Origin: a bacterium | GTDB taxonomy: Bacteria; Zhuqueibacterota; Zhuqueibacteria; Oceanimicrobiales; Oceanimicrobiaceae | Direction: 5' to 3' | NCBI GenBank assembly: GCA_046758365.1 | Contig: JBHIAC010000006.1 | Coordinates: forward strand, 1 to 57,376 | DNA length: 57,376 nucleotides | Part shown: positions 54,793 to 57,376 of the stretch, in pieces | Layout of the letters: each line of letters opens with the position of its first letter | Numbering within the stretch: position 1 is the first letter of the stretch | The notes under the pieces: model-generated | What the model saw: the letters and a program-made list of their open reading frames with translations, nothing else | The model's database searches: none | Told to the model about the DNA's origin: nothing | Position numbers and translations under genes: made by a program

Positions 54793-55207
54793 CAACACTG
54801 ATCTTGCCGAAACTCGTTTAGGAAACAATGCAAGGTAAAATCGCTCAATTTAAATCGAATAATTTTGGTTTGACATGATTCTCTTAATTTTTTATTGACA
54901 ACTACTAATAATTATTATAAATTATAAAAAAGATTACTTTTCTAAAATATCTGTAAAAGTTTCCGCCATTTGACCATTATGCGACCGTCCTGCATCTACT
55001 GGTCAACCGGGGATCTCAAGCTTTCTACTAGACTTGGGGCTGGCGCGAAATCTGCTCATGGCAACGGCACGGAGAATGAAACCAAATGACTGCACACTAA
55101 GAGCGGCTTTACCAAACTTGTACCAAGGGGTTGAAGTATGTGGCGAGATGATTTTCTAATGTTATTTTGGCAGGTATGTCTGAAACCGACGTCAAGGAGT
55201 ATCAAAA

Positions 55208-56395
55208 ATGAAGACATTACTGTATTTTACATTTCTCTATGTACCGGATTGGCTGTTATATTTTTTAATATCGATAGTCGCCCATTTGAAATCGATATAT
55301 CGAATCGTCATTCACTTTAAAAAGGCTATAGAGCTTTACGAGGGATACCGTAATGGTTATCCTGTGAAAATGCTATGGATTGGGACAGAGGAAATGAAAG
55401 ATTATATTGTAAAGATGTTATATGAATCAGGGCATCAAGTCACTAAATTGAAAGGGACGAATTTAATAAGTCTTCAGAAAACGATTGATCGTTTATCAGT
55501 ACAATGTGATCTAATCTATGTCGAGAGGAACAGTTTGCTTCCCTCTCTTAAAGGTTTCAGAAGAATAAAACAAGCATTAAACACCAAGGCGAGATTAGAA
55601 GAACGAAATAATATTAAATATAGAAGAACAATGAGACTCATTGCAAAAAACGATATTGAGTTTAAGGATTTTAAGATAAGCAAAAATATTGACCAGCTTC
55701 GATTGTTTTATGACCAATTGTACGCGCCGCATATCTCATCCAGATATGGTGAAACCAGCGTTGAATCATTCGATTCCCTAAAGACGTTTTACGCAAAAGG
55801 GGTATTGTTATTAGCATATCTTAAGGGGGAAGCCATAGCGGGCGCCATATTCCTGTGCCAAGGGGATACTCTGATCTATTGTAAATATGGAGTACGTGAT
55901 GCAAATGACAACTTGCATCGGGCTGCCGGGTCTTGCTATAGTCACATGAAATACGCAGAGGATAACAAGTTTACACACTATGATGCCTTCCATGTGAAGC
56001 CATTCTTCAATGACGGCGTTTTTCGTTATAAACGAGATTGCGGTTTGAGTGTCCAAATAGATCGTCGAATTTACTACTTTGACACAGACTTATATTTGCG
56101 AGTTATAAACTATAGTTCAGGGGTCGTGGATTTTCTGAGCGCGAATCCGTTCATATTTGTTCGCAGTGGAAAGTTGGTTGCAAGTTTGTTATGCCATAGC
56201 GAGGATTCGAGTCTTGTTGATGCAATAGTCAGACAATATCGTGAATGTGTTACAGGTGGAATTGCACGGTATGAATTTAATATCGAACGTGAGTTATCAG
56301 AGCGCGAAAGAAATGAAATTTACCAAAGATGTAGCGTATCAGAAGAGAACGACCAAATAGCATTTATCAATTACAATAAAACGTGTGGCAACTGA
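55208..56395 (+). CDS. hypothetical protein with a GNAT/FemABX-like acyltransferase domain
   Basis: FYDQLYAPHISSRYG, LLLAYLKGEAIAGAIF, KPFFNDGVFRYKR pattern. Confidence 0.6.
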   Translation: MKTLLYFTFLYVPDWLLYFLISIVAHLKSIYRIVIHFKKAIELYEGYRNGYPVKMLWIGTEEMKDYIVKMLYESGHQVTKLKGTNLISLQKTIDRLSVQCDLIYVERNSLLPSLKGFRRIKQALNTKARLEERNNIKYRRTMRLIAKNDIEFKDFKISKNIDQLRLFYDQLYAPHISSRYGETSVESFDSLKTFYAKGVLLLAYLKGEAIAGAIFLCQGDTLIYCKYGVRDANDNLHRAAGSCYSHMKYAEDNKFTHYDAFHVKPFFNDGVFRYKRDCGLSVQIDRRIYYFDTDLYLRVINYSSGVVDFLSANPFIFVRSGKLVASLLCHSEDSSLVDAIVRQYRECVTGGIARYEFNIERELSERERNEIYQRCSVSEENDQIAFINYNKTCGN

Positions 56396-56633
56396 ACTGC
56401 AAAGTGGCCAGAAGCGGTAGTTATGACTGGAGTTGAAAACCGCTCGACTAAGGAGGCTGGTCGCTGGCTACTACTCACTGAAACCGCCCAAAAAGTTACA
56501 AATTCGTACTAGGCCTGGGGGCTTTCATAGCCTCTAAGCTGCCCAAGGAGCGTTAATATACGCTAACCCCGAATGTTTTTGGGGTCAGCGTTTCTTAGGA
56601 GCTACTGACCCTTAGCAATATGGAGGAAGCCTC

Positions 56634-57164
56634 ATGGAAATTGCACAACCGGGTTTGCATCTGGACCACATGCTGCGGCAAACACGAATGCACCACGTGC
56701 AACTCAGTTCCATGGCCGATGTGAAGGCCAACATGCTGCTAACCATGGCAACGGTAGTGATTACGCTTTCGGCGCCTCACATCATGAAACCACATCTCAA
56801 GTGGGCTGTACTGGTCTTGATTGCCTTCTGCCTACTGACGATCGTGCTGGCTACCTATGCTGCGATGCCCAAACTACCGCTTTCACTCAAACATGGGTCG
56901 CACCCAGATGTAAACAGCCCTGGCTTTAACTTGCTGTTTTTCGGCGATTTTGTACGTCTGCAATATGAAGAGTTCGAAGCGGCTATGGAAGAGATTATGA
57001 ACGATCCTAGCCGCACGTATCAGGCACAGGTGCGGGAAGTGTACAGTCTGGGCATGTTTCTAGTCACTAAGAAATACCGCTTTGTGCGGTTGGCTTATAT
57101 TTCGTTTATCGCAGGGCTCTTAGCCAGTGGCTTAGCGATGCTTTTTTCAGGCATCTTGAGTTAG
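56634..57164 (+). CDS. Pycsar-effector-like membrane protein (DUF5706)
   Basis: HHVQLSSMADVKANMLL, NLLFFGDF, KKYRFVRLAY, three TM helices; RBS GGAGG. Confidence 0.85.
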   Translation: MEIAQPGLHLDHMLRQTRMHHVQLSSMADVKANMLLTMATVVITLSAPHIMKPHLKWAVLVLIAFCLLTIVLATYAAMPKLPLSLKHGSHPDVNSPGFNLLFFGDFVRLQYEEFEAAMEEIMNDPSRTYQAQVREVYSLGMFLVTKKYRFVRLAYISFIAGLLASGLAMLFSGILS

Positions 57165-57318
57165 TGAGATAGAGAGCAGAACACCTGCAAAAGATCCACT
57201 AGAGTTGCTTTCTTGTCAAATGGAAAAACCTACAAAGTCGTTATATAAGAACGAGCAACTCGGTACCAATGGCGAAGTCGCTTCTTTCATCCTTTCGACT
57301 CCTTTCATGACGGGTATC

Positions 57319-57376
57319 AGACTTCTGCAAAATTAATTTAAAGCATGCTTAAAATGGGTGTACAGGCTTTAGCCTG
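57319..57376. repeat. MITE/REP-like element, copy B (inverted, cut by the window edge)
   Basis: 52/58 identity to the reverse complement of 11015-11072. Confidence 0.75.

Noticed and set aside
55101..56445. Possible IS-like ends (gagcggcttt / aaaaccgctc) around the GNAT-like gene
   Set aside because: Only ~10 bp of inverted match and no clean target duplication; could be chance
56560..56591. Integron attC site
   Set aside because: The hairpin is too short, the right core reads GTC rather than GTT, and there is no integrase or array
1..57376. tRNA, rRNA, CRISPR arrays, intact transposases or integrases
   Set aside because: None recognised on either strand by manual reading

Overview
AT-rich chromosomal window from a diderm bacterium. 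The gene set (GWxTD protein, Omp85-type barrels, DUF4159/MoxR cluster, SMC) suggests an FCB-associated lineage such as KSB1 or Calditrichota; this is inference only. From left to right: (1) a Prc/Tsp C-terminal protease; (2) a visibly more GC-rich gamma-glutamylation amine-catabolism cluster (ALDH, GlnA-like, PuuD-like, SDR) with three copies of a FadR/GntR-type regulatory module; (3) a decayed accessory locus at 7.3-10.8 kb with a duplicated M28 peptidase 3' end, two TIR-domain gene remnants, broken DUF4160/DUF2442 and HEPN/MNT toxin-antitoxin pairs, and an intact DUF5678-retropepsin fusion; (4) an M48-LysM lipoprotein; (5) a 9-gene TPR-zincin/DUF4159x2/MoxR/DUF58/BatA-VWA/coiled-coil/VWA-GATase/caspase-fold cluster; (6) a PDZ lipoprotein, then HicBA and AbrB-RelE TA modules with a candidate sRNA between them; (7) two tandem M1-aminopeptidase/Omp85-like barrel fusions, one with intact catalytic motifs and one predicted inactive; (8) a type IV pilus cluster with its own regulators and a sigma54/IHF pilin promoter; (9) a GWxTD pseudogene; (10) smc with candidate tandem NrdR boxes; (11) a GNAT-like gene and an orphan Pycsar-effector-like (DUF5706) gene. 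Several MITE/REP-like repeats occur. No tRNA, rRNA or CRISPR array was seen. All family assignments come from motif recognition by eye; no database searches were run.
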